This document shows positions 21,918 through 31,499 of a stretch of DNA of 49,993 nucleotides, piece after piece (the stretch's first letter is position 1; each line of letters opens with the position of its first letter). The notes under the pieces were generated by a model. The model saw only the letters and a program-made list of their open reading frames with translations, had not been told where the DNA came from and ran no database searches. The position numbers and the translations under genes are program-made. The DNA comes from Deltaproteobacteria bacterium (lineage in GTDB: Bacteria > Desulfobacterota > Binatia > UBA12015): the NCBI GenBank assembly GCA_046583355.1, contig JAYGCM010000008.1:1-49993 (forward strand). Reading direction: 5' to 3'.

Positions 21918-23049
21918 GATCCTGGGACGAGGCGAGCGGAACCCGGATCAGACCAAGCCCACGGTAGGCATGGCAGAGATCGCCGAGCATAATATGCCAA
22001 GCGCGCGGCACGCGCGTCGCCAGAGCGGTGATATCGTGCTCGGAGGCGAAGCGCTGGATCACCGCCGCCAACTCGCCGCGCGCCCAAACCAAGGTAGCCA
22101 GCTCTCGTGCATCAGGCTGGAAGAGCCGGTGAAGAATCGCCAATCCAAAGTCCTCACAAAGATGGCCGAAAAAGGTCAGCCGTGCGGCGTCGGCATTGAG
22201 CCGCGTGGCGGCATCGTCCGCCGACAAAGAACGATCGATCAATGCCGCCTCGAGACGGGCGCGGAAAAGAGTCGCTGCAAACAAGCGCGCCAGCTTGGCA
22301 GGCAGATCGGCCACGATATAGCCGGCAGCAGCGGCGTCAATCAAGCCGTAAAGCAGATGCAAGCCGTTGCAGGCGTGGCGATGCAAAGCATTGCGGCCGT
22401 AGCCTTTCCCCTGCATCGAGGCGAAGACGGCGGCATACGAAGCCTCGGTCTCGCGCAGATGGCGCTCAACCTGCCCGGCCACGTCCACCTGCTGGCCGCG
22501 CAAGGTCGTGAAATGGTCGCGGGCGGGAGGATACTCCTGCGTGAGCACACTGATGGCCCAGGAGTCTTCGTCATCCCCGCCCTGCTTCGGGTCGAAGAGC
22601 GAGCACGCGCTCTCAACCAATTCGGTGCGCGTCCAGCGCCCATGCGACGTGACGAAGAGATGATCTCGAGGCAGGTCAATCGCCTGCATGATCTGGAGGA
22701 AATGGAAACGATGCCGTTCCACCTCAAGAGGGAAAACCGGAAAACGCCGCATGCCGATCTCTTCGAGACGGAGCGTCGCGGCTACGGTCGAATCCAGAAC
22801 ATTCAGCCCATCCCGCTTGATCCCGGCGCCAAGCGCGAGAACGACGTGCATGGCAACCCAGGGGTTCGCATCCGGCAATGCATATTGCAGAATGAACTCG
22901 CGCAGATACTCCTGCGCGCGTGCGGCCTCCATAGCCCCATCCGCGACCGAACGAGGTGCCGCCGCGGGCACGCCGCCACGCACCGCGCGCGGGAGCAGCG
23001 CGAGCAGCCCCAACCCGGTCGTAGCCGCGATCATTTGCCGCCTTTTCAT
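21904..23049 (-). CDS. Tat-signal hypothetical helical protein
   Basis: MKRRQMI + hydrophobic + AVRG signal; motifs NPWVAMH, HACNGLH, FFGH, GDLCHA; overlaps both neighbours. Confidence 0.7.
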   Translation of the reverse strand: MKRRQMIAATTGLGLLALLPRAVRGGVPAAAPRSVADGAMEAARAQEYLREFILQYALPDANPWVAMHVVLALGAGIKRDGLNVLDSTVAATLRLEEIGMRRFPVFPLEVERHRFHFLQIMQAIDLPRDHLFVTSHGRWTRTELVESACSLFDPKQGGDDEDSWAISVLTQEYPPARDHFTTLRGQQVDVAGQVERHLRETEASYAAVFASMQGKGYGRNALHRHACNGLHLLYGLIDAAAAGYIVADLPAKLARLFAATLFRARLEAALIDRSLSADDAATRLNADAARLTFFGHLCEDFGLAILHRLFQPDARELATLVWARGELAAVIQRFASEHDITALATRVPRAWHIMLGDLCHAYRGLGLIRVPLASSQDRVHG

Positions 23050-24101
23050 CCGGCTGCCCGAGTTCCTTCCACAAACGCCATCAGGCCAAAATCAGCCGCG
23101 AGTTGGTCGCGCAAAAGAGCGTAGCGCGGATCGGCGATCTCGGCCCTCCAAGGGTCGCCGAAGAGCGGCAGGAGATCGGCATCACCAAGGCGGCGCGAGG
23201 CAGCGAAGCGGCGGCGCGCCCGCTCGGCCGCCGGCAAAGCCGCCAGCGCCGCGAGTCGGCCATGTTCACAGGCAGCCGCGCGCTCCGGCGCGAAACGCCC
23301 ACGCGCCTCCGAGAGCGCAAGCGCATAGGAAAAGACAGCAGCCACCCTATCTTCCTCAAAGTTTTTCACCACCGAGAGAAGGGCATTGCGCTCCAACAAA
23401 ACCATCCGCCCATCGGTGCCCAGGAAGGACTCGCTTGCGTGCCCGCGGTGAAAACAGCGCGCGGCAGGCGCGACCACCGCATGCTCACCGGCCAGGTGCA
23501 GCCGCCAACCAAAATCGACATCTTCGTAATAGGCGAAATAGGCGGCATCGAAGCCGCCGAGGCCGAGGAAGATGGCACGGTCCACCAACATCGCCCCACC
23601 CGAGACGAAAAGACTCTCCTCCGCCTCGGCAAGCATCGAGAGACAAGATGCGGGCTGGCCGAGATGTCGCGGCGCACCGTGGCCACTCAGCGCCAGGCTG
23701 CCGCCGGCGAACTCGATCACCGCACCTTCCCGGTCGAGAATCGCAGCCCCCACGCAGGCGGCGCCTGTGGCCTCCCGCGCCGCAAGCAAGCTGCGCAAAA
23801 ACCCTGGATCAAACGTCATATCATCATTGATAAAACAGACCAGCCCCGCCGCGGCCGACTGCGCCAACCGATTGCAGGGTTCGGCAAAGCCGAGGTTCTG
23901 TGAGGAGCATTCCAGGCGAATGGCCGGATAATGGGCATATAGCCAATCCGCCAGGCCGGACCTGGACGCATTATCATGCACCAGAATCTCGATGCGCTCG
24001 CTGGGGTAGTCGAGCGCAGCCAACGAGGCGAGGCAATCCGCCAGCAACTCCGGGCCGCGGCGGGTGACGATCGCGAAACTGACCTCAGCCGGCGCGGTCA
24101 T
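23046..24101 (-). CDS. Glycosyltransferase family 2 (WbbL/rhamnosyltransferase-like)
   Basis: EILVHDNAS, NLGFAEPCN, FINDD, SGGAMLV, GGFDAAYFAYYEDVDFGWR. Confidence 0.92.
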   Translation of the reverse strand: MTAPAEVSFAIVTRRGPELLADCLASLAALDYPSERIEILVHDNASRSGLADWLYAHYPAIRLECSSQNLGFAEPCNRLAQSAAAGLVCFINDDMTFDPGFLRSLLAAREATGAACVGAAILDREGAVIEFAGGSLALSGHGAPRHLGQPASCLSMLAEAEESLFVSGGAMLVDRAIFLGLGGFDAAYFAYYEDVDFGWRLHLAGEHAVVAPAARCFHRGHASESFLGTDGRMVLLERNALLSVVKNFEEDRVAAVFSYALALSEARGRFAPERAAACEHGRLAALAALPAAERARRRFAASRRLGDADLLPLFGDPWRAEIADPRYALLRDQLAADFGLMAFVEGTRAAG

Positions 24102-25939
24102 TTCGCCGTGGCCCCAGCGGCACCGGGGCGACGTTCGACCGGCAATGCCGCGGCCAGCCGGCGCAGCGGCTCGAGCGAAGGCGGCTCGCGGGCGACCAGC
24201 CCGCGCAGAAGCTCGTCGAGATCACGCCCAGCGCGGTCGACCACCAGTAAATGGCGGTAGGCGGGTTCATGGCTCGCGCCCAGCCCGATCGCCTCATTGA
24301 TGATGGCATTGGCCGCCAGCCAATCCGTCCCCTGCGTCGGATGCGAAAGACAAGCGCTGATTTTTTGGGCCTCCTTCCAGGCCGGCAACCACCCGGAAGG
24401 CTGCACCTCGACAGACGCACCACGCGCACGGAAGAAGGCGATCGTCGCAGCGAGGTCCGGGTGGCCATACGCCAGATGCTCGGCCAGAAATCCGTGTTCA
24501 TAGCCGTAGTCCCGCAGGATGCGCTCGTAGAGCCAGCGATCCGCTTCGGCCACACCTGCAGTAGCGAAGGGTGCACCGAGGAGAAGAAATTCGCCGCAGA
24601 CCCGCCAGAGCTCCGCGAGCCAGTCCTCGCGCGCCGCCGGCGGAATATGCTCGAACACATCCAGACTCAGCACGACCTCGAAGGCCGCGTCGGCAAAGGG
24701 CAGCCCGGCGACCGATTCCGGCGCAAATTGGCGTGGATGGTCGATCAATCGGGTATCGAAAACACTCACCTCTGCGTCGGTGAAAAAATCGCCAGCCCAG
24801 GCCAAATGCCCCTCCGCGCCGCCCATCGTGCCACCCACATCCAGGAGGCGAGCCGGCCGAGTACGCAAGCGCGTCTCTACCGCGGCTGAAAGCGCGTAGC
24901 GGTCATAAAGGTCGAAGGGCAGCGTCCGCAACAATTTCTCATAGGGAACCTTGGACGATTCCAGGAAAAGCGTCTCCAGACGTGCCCAGCCCCCCTCCAC
25001 CCGGAGATGCAATTCGTGGCCGCCCTGCGGCAGCAGGAAACGAATGGGCGCGGCGCCACCGAGACAGCCCCGCTCGATCCCGGCCAGCCGCAAGGAGACC
25101 AACCCGGCGCCCTCGCCACGCGCGCGAACTTCGACCGCCAGCGGCTCGGCGGATTCGTTCAGGAGGTAGACGATCGCGCCATCGCTGACACCACGCCCGA
25201 TCGCCGGCGCCGGCGTCTCAAAGCCTTCGCGCAAAAGCACCCGCAAATCCGATTCACCACCGACGTCCAGCAACGGGTCTTCATGGCCCAGCGCATCCCA
25301 GCAAAGCGACGGACGTGCACCCCGCAGCCGCGCGACCAACTCGAGGTTGTAGGGAGCCTGAAAAAAACGGCAGGCGACATTGAAATCGAACTCGGCAAAC
25401 GCCTCGACCCACCACGCCGGCACATGCTCGGAGAGATGCGTACTCTCGCCAGCCGTGAAGCGGATCGGGTCCGGTGTCGCGGCGATCAGCAACCCGCCGG
25501 GCCGAAGAACGCGCGCGCATTCGGCAAGGAGAAGGCGTGGCTCGGGAACGTGCTCGAGGATATCAAAGGCCGTAATGACATCGAGGCAACGGTCGGCCAA
25601 GGGTAGCGCTTCGCCGCGAGCGCAGGCCAGGTCGGCCGCGCCGCTTGCATTGCTGCGTGCTTCCCCGAGCGCGAAGTGACTGACGTCGATACCGAAGGCC
25701 GCAAAGCCCGCCGCGCGCGCCTCCTCCACGAGGAAGCCGTAGGCGCAACCGAGGTCGAGCCAACGCGCGCCCTCGCCGGCCTCACGCGCCACGAAGGCAA
25801 GCCAATGCGACCAATCGGCATGCTGCTGCGCGTAGCCCTCGGCGGCAAAGCCGCTGTTTTCCCCGTGGAAATAGCCCCGCCCATAGCGCTCCTGAAGCGC
25901 CGCCGAGGAGAGGCCACCGGTCTGCTGCGAAGGCCGCAT
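24098..25939 (-). CDS. Protein with two class I SAM-dependent methyltransferase domains
   Basis: WLDLGCAYG...FDILEHV...LRPGG and LLDVGG...LPFADAAFEVVLSLDVFEHI; ATG 25939 with GGAG upstream. Confidence 0.8.
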   Translation of the reverse strand: MRPSQQTGGLSSAALQERYGRGYFHGENSGFAAEGYAQQHADWSHWLAFVAREAGEGARWLDLGCAYGFLVEEARAAGFAAFGIDVSHFALGEARSNASGAADLACARGEALPLADRCLDVITAFDILEHVPEPRLLLAECARVLRPGGLLIAATPDPIRFTAGESTHLSEHVPAWWVEAFAEFDFNVACRFFQAPYNLELVARLRGARPSLCWDALGHEDPLLDVGGESDLRVLLREGFETPAPAIGRGVSDGAIVYLLNESAEPLAVEVRARGEGAGLVSLRLAGIERGCLGGAAPIRFLLPQGGHELHLRVEGGWARLETLFLESSKVPYEKLLRTLPFDLYDRYALSAAVETRLRTRPARLLDVGGTMGGAEGHLAWAGDFFTDAEVSVFDTRLIDHPRQFAPESVAGLPFADAAFEVVLSLDVFEHIPPAAREDWLAELWRVCGEFLLLGAPFATAGVAEADRWLYERILRDYGYEHGFLAEHLAYGHPDLAATIAFFRARGASVEVQPSGWLPAWKEAQKISACLSHPTQGTDWLAANAIINEAIGLGASHEPAYRHLLVVDRAGRDLDELLRGLVAREPPSLEPLRRLAAALPVERRPGAAGATAK

Positions 25940-25950
25940 CCACTCCCAAG

Positions 25951-28611
25951 CTACTGTCCGCGCGGGCCAGCAGCAAATGGAAGCGCGCCACCTCCGGGCG
26001 CCGCGGCGCGCGGTCGACGGACGACGAGGACAAGCCAGATGCCGAGAAAAACCAACGAGAGTGCCGCACCGCGGTACAGGCTCCGCGGCGCATAGAGCAA
26101 CTCGACCCGGTGGTCTCCGGCCGGGACCACGATACCAACCAGCGCGCCATCGACCTCGTGGATCTCGACAGGCATGCCATCCACCCGCGCATGGAAGCCG
26201 CGGGCAGCGAGAGTCGAGAGGACCAGCAATCCACCACCGCCATTTGTCGTGACGCGCCACGACGAGGGCTCCCTCTGCTCGAGAACGAAGGCCGCATCGC
26301 GTGCCGCCGCAGGCAGGTGGCCGCCGACCACACAGGCCGCGCGGCGCCCCGCGAGTCCGCGCACACATTCCCAGACCTCCTCACGACGCGCGACGGTCAC
26401 GACATCGGCCGCAAAAAAGACCGGTCCGAGAGCGTCCGTGCGTTGGTAGAGATGCGCGTCCGGGCCCGCGTAATGCAATTCGAGAGCGGCCAGCACTCTG
26501 CGACGCCGGTCCAGATCGGTGGCCTCCCGCGCCGCCTCGACCGCCACGCCTGGTGCCGGGCCGACACCGCCGACAAAGACCGTCGTAGGATGGTCGGCTT
26601 CCACCGAGAGAAGAATCGTCGAAGGCCGCGCGGAGCTTCCCGACGACTCGACGGCCAGATCGTACCAATGCTCGTCGGTCGGAGAGAGCATTTGCTGTAC
26701 GGAATCGGCACCTATCGCCCCGCTCGATTCCTCCAGCTGGAGATGCGCGCGGACGTTGGCATCAGCCGGAACCGCGAGGCCGGCCATCACGCCTTCGGGC
26801 GTCGAGCGCAGGTTGAAGCGCAACCGGCAGGGTGTCTCGCACACCCAATGGAAGCGCCGGTCGAGACCACGCTCAGCCAGGCCGCCGCCCAACTCGCGGG
26901 TGTCGATTGAGAAGGAATCGAGCTCGGCGAAAAGACGCACCAACCGCTCGGCCACACTCATGGCACGGACGGCCGCGGGAAGACGATCCGGATCGAGCGC
27001 CGTGCGGGCGACGATCCAGCGCAGATTCGCTGGCGGCCCGCCCGGTCCGGTGGCCGCCAGCAGTGGATCGGGGTCGGCCAGCATCCAGACGATGCCCTCA
27101 CTCGGCGCAATCGTCCGCTGCACATATTCCCAGGTTGCGCCGGGCGTGAGAACATCGATCGAGCGCAGATCCGAAAAACCCAGCGCGGCCGAGACCAGCG
27201 GCGGCGCCAGCTGCACCGAGCCGCTGAGCCGGCCGGGCTCGCGCGCCATTCCTTCGCGCAAAGCCGAAACCCAAGGTGCCGGCGCCCAGGGATCGACCCG
27301 CTCAGGCCAACTGCGCGGCATCAACCATAGGAATTCGGCGACAACCAGAAGCACGACCAAGCCGGCCCAGCCCGGCCGCAAGGCGTCGATCCCGCGCGCG
27401 GCAAGGAGCGCCAACGCCAGGTAGAGAGGAAAACAATATTTCACCCACTGAATGGACCCGAGGATCGGCCACCCTGCAAGCGAAATCGGCAAAAGGCCGA
27501 AGATCCGGGCGATGAGCAACAAAGCAGTCGCACCCAATACCCAGGCGAGTGGATCACGCCAGCCTCGCGCCAGCCCAATCCCGGCAAGCAGAAGAATGCT
27601 ACCACCTACCCAAGGCAATCCCAGCGGAGACGACGGCGCCCCGAGAGCCCACGGGCCCAGCAGCGAGGGCAGCAGCGCCAGCGGTAAACTGAACTCCGAT
27701 TGGCCGCTGCGGCCGGCATCCACCAAGCCGCTGGCCCCCTGCCACATATCCAGAAAGGGCAATAAGGCCACCGAAGCGATGCCGACACCGAGCAGAACCC
27801 AGCCCGATACCGCGAGCAGCGGCACCCGCCGGCCCCCGCGTGCGTTGCTGGCGAGTAACCAGAGAAGACCGGCCGCACCGGCGACGATCGCGCTCTGCGG
27901 CTTGAGTCCGAGACAGCCGGCGGCCACCGCCAGGGCCAGCATGCCGCCGCCATAGCGCCGTCCACGCCGCAGAGCCAATGCGGCAGCAAGCGCCAAAGGA
28001 ACAAAGGCGTCGACGTTGAGCGGGTGGTGCTCGATCCATTGCACGGTCTGGCCCGAGAGCGCGACGGCGATGCCGCAGGCCAGCGACGCTGCGGGACTGC
28101 TGCCCCATTCGCGCGCCAGCAAGAGCGCGCCCAGGCCGACAACAAAGACCCGCAGCAGCCAGGCCAAATCCTGCGCGCGCACAGAAGGCGCGAACGCCAC
28201 GGGCAGCGCGAAGGGTGAGAGCACGGCGGCGTTGGGGTTGCCGAGAAGCGGCTGGCCGAGGCCGGTGCGCGCATTCCATAGAGGCAAATGCCCGCGCCGC
28301 AGCGCCTCATGAACCAGCCAGGGTGCGGGCGCATCGACCCAGGCGGCACCTTCGGGGTCGCGCATCGGACGCGGCAGCGGCCCCGGCGTACCCTGCACCG
28401 GCCCAGCCGCTGTCACGCCGGGCACGTAGGCGGCGGCCGACAGAGTCCGGCCGCCGAAGAGAATCGGGCGGAAGGCGAAGGCCACAACGAACGCCAGCAG
28501 GAGCCCCACCAGGGCGAGCCGCGCATGGCCGAAGTTCGGCCCTGGCCCCGCACCGGACGGCGCAAAAGAATCCTTGTCTGAGCTTCGCCCGCTAGCGGGC
28601 TGCCTCACCAC
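25951..28611 (-). CDS. YfhO-family polytopic membrane protein (GT-C fold)
   Basis: GHLPLWNARTGLGQPLLGN N-terminal motif, many TM segments, C-terminal GFHARVDG...GIVVPAGDHRVELLYAP followed by a TM helix. Confidence 0.82.
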   Translation of the reverse strand: MVRQPASGRSSDKDSFAPSGAGPGPNFGHARLALVGLLLAFVVAFAFRPILFGGRTLSAAAYVPGVTAAGPVQGTPGPLPRPMRDPEGAAWVDAPAPWLVHEALRRGHLPLWNARTGLGQPLLGNPNAAVLSPFALPVAFAPSVRAQDLAWLLRVFVVGLGALLLAREWGSSPAASLACGIAVALSGQTVQWIEHHPLNVDAFVPLALAAALALRRGRRYGGGMLALAVAAGCLGLKPQSAIVAGAAGLLWLLASNARGGRRVPLLAVSGWVLLGVGIASVALLPFLDMWQGASGLVDAGRSGQSEFSLPLALLPSLLGPWALGAPSSPLGLPWVGGSILLLAGIGLARGWRDPLAWVLGATALLLIARIFGLLPISLAGWPILGSIQWVKYCFPLYLALALLAARGIDALRPGWAGLVVLLVVAEFLWLMPRSWPERVDPWAPAPWVSALREGMAREPGRLSGSVQLAPPLVSAALGFSDLRSIDVLTPGATWEYVQRTIAPSEGIVWMLADPDPLLAATGPGGPPANLRWIVARTALDPDRLPAAVRAMSVAERLVRLFAELDSFSIDTRELGGGLAERGLDRRFHWVCETPCRLRFNLRSTPEGVMAGLAVPADANVRAHLQLEESSGAIGADSVQQMLSPTDEHWYDLAVESSGSSARPSTILLSVEADHPTTVFVGGVGPAPGVAVEAAREATDLDRRRRVLAALELHYAGPDAHLYQRTDALGPVFFAADVVTVARREEVWECVRGLAGRRAACVVGGHLPAAARDAAFVLEQREPSSWRVTTNGGGGLLVLSTLAARGFHARVDGMPVEIHEVDGALVGIVVPAGDHRVELLYAPRSLYRGAALSLVFLGIWLVLVVRRPRAAAPGGGALPFAAGPRGQ

Positions 28612-29573
28612 CGCGCGACGACCGCGCCGGAGGTGATCCCGCCGCCTACGGCGTTGAGCAGGAGAATATCTCCCTCCTGCAAACGTCCCTGCGTGAGTGC
28701 CTCTTCCAATGCGAGTGGAATCGAAGCCGCTGAGGTATTGCCGCAGCGGTCAAGATTGAGGGCGACCTTCTCCTCGGGCAACTTGAGCTGGCTCAGAACC
28801 ATGCGGATGATGCGCACATTCGCCTGATGCGGCACCATCAGGTCCACATCGGCTGACTCCAGATGCGCGGCGGCCAGCACCTCACGGCTGAGCGCGACCA
28901 GATGTTCCACAGCCGCGCGAAAGACCTCGGCACCGCGCATCCGCATCCACGGGTCCGCCAGCGCAAGCGCCTGAGCCGTACGTGCGCCGGAGGGCGCCTG
29001 CAGGATCTGCTGCAGCGTTCCCTGCGCACGCAAGCGAGTCGCCAGAATGCCACGCGAGTCATCCTCTTCGGCCACCAGAACCACCGCTCCGGCGCCATCG
29101 CCGAAAAGCGGCACGGTGACCCGATCATCGGGATCACAAAGTCGGCTCAGGGCGTCGGCGCCCACGACCAGGACCGAGCGATGGTCGCCCGAACGAATCG
29201 CCTGATCGGCCGTGGTCAGAGCGTAGGGGAAGCCCGCACAGGCCGCGGCCACATCGAACGCGGGCTGCTGGGCGAGGCCAAGCCTTTCGTGCAGCAGACA
29301 GGCGAGCGAGGGAAAGAGAAAGGGACCCGAGGTCGTCGCAACGATGATGGCGTCGAGCGCCGCCGGCGCGAATCCCGCGGAATCCAGCGCGCGTCGAGCG
29401 GCCTGTTCGGCAAGATCGAGGAGATCTTCGTCCGGCGCCAGGCGCCGCCGCTCGCGCACACCGGTACGCTTTTCGATCCAGCCGGGCTCCTCCCCCAGAT
29501 GAGCCTCGACCTCCGCATTCAAAACCACTGTCGCCGGCAGCGCTCCGCCGACGCCCGCAAACCTCGCGCGCAT
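28605..29573 (-). CDS. fabH: 3-oxoacyl-ACP synthase III
   Basis: WIEKRTGVRERR, catalytic AACAGF, LFGDGAGA, PHQANVRI, GNTSAASIP. Confidence 0.93.
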   Translation of the reverse strand: MRARFAGVGGALPATVVLNAEVEAHLGEEPGWIEKRTGVRERRRLAPDEDLLDLAEQAARRALDSAGFAPAALDAIIVATTSGPFLFPSLACLLHERLGLAQQPAFDVAAACAGFPYALTTADQAIRSGDHRSVLVVGADALSRLCDPDDRVTVPLFGDGAGAVVLVAEEDDSRGILATRLRAQGTLQQILQAPSGARTAQALALADPWMRMRGAEVFRAAVEHLVALSREVLAAAHLESADVDLMVPHQANVRIIRMVLSQLKLPEEKVALNLDRCGNTSAASIPLALEEALTQGRLQEGDILLLNAVGGGITSGAVVARW

Positions 29574-29586
29574 CGCCACCCTCTTA

Positions 29587-31467
29587 TCAAGGAGCGGCCG
29601 CGCCGCCCAGCGCGGCGCCATGCAACTCGAAGAGATCCAGATCGGCTGGGCCGGATACCCGCAATTGCAGGCGGATCTCTGCGGCGAGCGCCGGAAGCAA
29701 AATTCCCGCCCCGCCGCCCGGCAACGGAGCGCGGATCGGTCTGCCCATGGGCTGGCTGCGCAACGAGACAATTTCGGCTGCTCCCGAAATCTGCGCCACC
29801 ACCCGCACCGGCCCCGCCGTACCGGCCGCGCGCAGCGGCACGACCAGCACGGGTTCGGCGCACGGCCACTCCTGACGGCGCATTTCGCCCAGGCCGTAGG
29901 CAAGAGGTTGCGGTACGATCCGCGCCGGCAGGCGTGCCTCCGGGCCACAGCCTTCCAAGCGCGCCGCATCGAGATCGAGAAGGCTCTGGTAGGCGAACAC
30001 CAGCATGGGTCCCGCTTGCCGCTGCGGCATCGCCGCTACCCATGCCTCCGGCACGTCGCCGCGATGCACGACAAGAGCTGAAAGTCCGGTATCCCTTCGC
30101 ACCCCTTCCATGCGGTGTACGAAGAAACCATTGTCCGCGATGAGGTCGGTGAACCCCGTCCCATGTACATCTTGGAAAACACGGTCCAGAGAGATGCCGA
30201 GTTGCCGGTCCAAAATTTCAACAATCCGGCGCCGCGTCGCCACCGTTGGAATCCGCGCCCGCAGCTCCGCACCCTCGGCCACCATGCCTCCCAGGCGCAT
30301 CCATTCCAGATTGACAGCGACCGTACCGCGCGCGCGCGCATCCGCGACCCACCAGAGCAGCCCGACGGCACGCACGACAATCAAAAAGACAAAAATGGCC
30401 GCGACGACGCGAGCACGCGGCGGCCGGGCCAGCGCGACGCCCAGTAGAACAGCCGCCGGCACCAACGCAACATCCAAATAATAATACCAGGCCTCGGCGG
30501 GCAAAAAGAGAACGAAGACGATGGCGGCGACGAAACCCACCAGCAATGCCCCCACGCCCTCGCGCCGCGGCTTCGGCGTCTCAGGCCGCAGCAGCGAGCG
30601 CGCGGCCGCCACGACCAACACCAGCACCAACGCGAAGGCGCCCATCTCGGCCAGGATCCACCACGAGACCAGCACTGGTCGAGCGGCCACCGGCGCGACA
30701 AAGCCCTCCAGCACGCGCCCGCTATGCAGCAAAAGGTCCATCAGGCGGCCGCTGAACAATCGCATGGCACCGGCGCCCATTGCTGCCGTAGGCAGCGGCG
30801 CAAGGAGCGCCAAAGCCATCGGCACCAGCGGCACCAGCATACCGGCCAAAGCGGCGGCCAGACCCGCGCGGCCAAGCGTGCGGCGCTCACGCAGCAGAAC
30901 CCAACCCGCGACGACAAAAAGCGAGACGGCCGAAAGGTGCAATTGGGTCGCGCCAGCCGCGACAAAGAAGAGCCAGGCCACACGGCTCGCACGCGGCGCC
31001 TCTTGCACACGCAATACCGCGAGATAGAAAATCGCGGTCACCGCCGGCAATGCGGCCGGAGCCCAGGCAATGCGCGCGTCCATCACCGCAATCGGCGAAG
31101 CTGCCAGCCAGGCCGCCGCGAACAAAGCCGCCGCCGCGCCGCCCAGACGCCCCGCCAGGCGCGCCGTCCCCGCAACCGCCAGAATGCCCAGACAACCGGC
31201 AAACGCATAAGAGGCGATCGCCGAGCGTGAGACCAGCGCAGGGATCGCCCAGAACCAATAATAGCCCGCGCCGAGCCGGATGCGATTGCGCATGGCGGGG
31301 CCCGCCCAGGGAAATGCTTCGCCCGAGACCATCGCCTCCGCCCAGGAGATATCGCGTGCCTGGTCGACTCCGAACCAGCCCGCATCCAGCCAGAGCAGGC
31401 GCAGCACGGCGGCCAGGGCGAGAATCAGCGCGAGTAGAATAGCGGGAAGAGTTCTCGGAGATCGCAT
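29587..31467 (-). CDS. GT-C membrane glycosyltransferase (ArnT/PMT-like)
   Basis: LRL..LD..WFGVDQARD after TM1, ARIAWAP, ATQLHLS, about 10 TM helices and a C-terminal periplasmic domain. Confidence 0.75.
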   Translation of the reverse strand: MRSPRTLPAILLALILALAAVLRLLWLDAGWFGVDQARDISWAEAMVSGEAFPWAGPAMRNRIRLGAGYYWFWAIPALVSRSAIASYAFAGCLGILAVAGTARLAGRLGGAAAALFAAAWLAASPIAVMDARIAWAPAALPAVTAIFYLAVLRVQEAPRASRVAWLFFVAAGATQLHLSAVSLFVVAGWVLLRERRTLGRAGLAAALAGMLVPLVPMALALLAPLPTAAMGAGAMRLFSGRLMDLLLHSGRVLEGFVAPVAARPVLVSWWILAEMGAFALVLVLVVAAARSLLRPETPKPRREGVGALLVGFVAAIVFVLFLPAEAWYYYLDVALVPAAVLLGVALARPPRARVVAAIFVFLIVVRAVGLLWWVADARARGTVAVNLEWMRLGGMVAEGAELRARIPTVATRRRIVEILDRQLGISLDRVFQDVHGTGFTDLIADNGFFVHRMEGVRRDTGLSALVVHRGDVPEAWVAAMPQRQAGPMLVFAYQSLLDLDAARLEGCGPEARLPARIVPQPLAYGLGEMRRQEWPCAEPVLVVPLRAAGTAGPVRVVAQISGAAEIVSLRSQPMGRPIRAPLPGGGAGILLPALAAEIRLQLRVSGPADLDLFELHGAALGGAAAP

Positions 31468-31499
31468 CGAATCACGCTGAATGCCTCGGCGTTCCGTCG

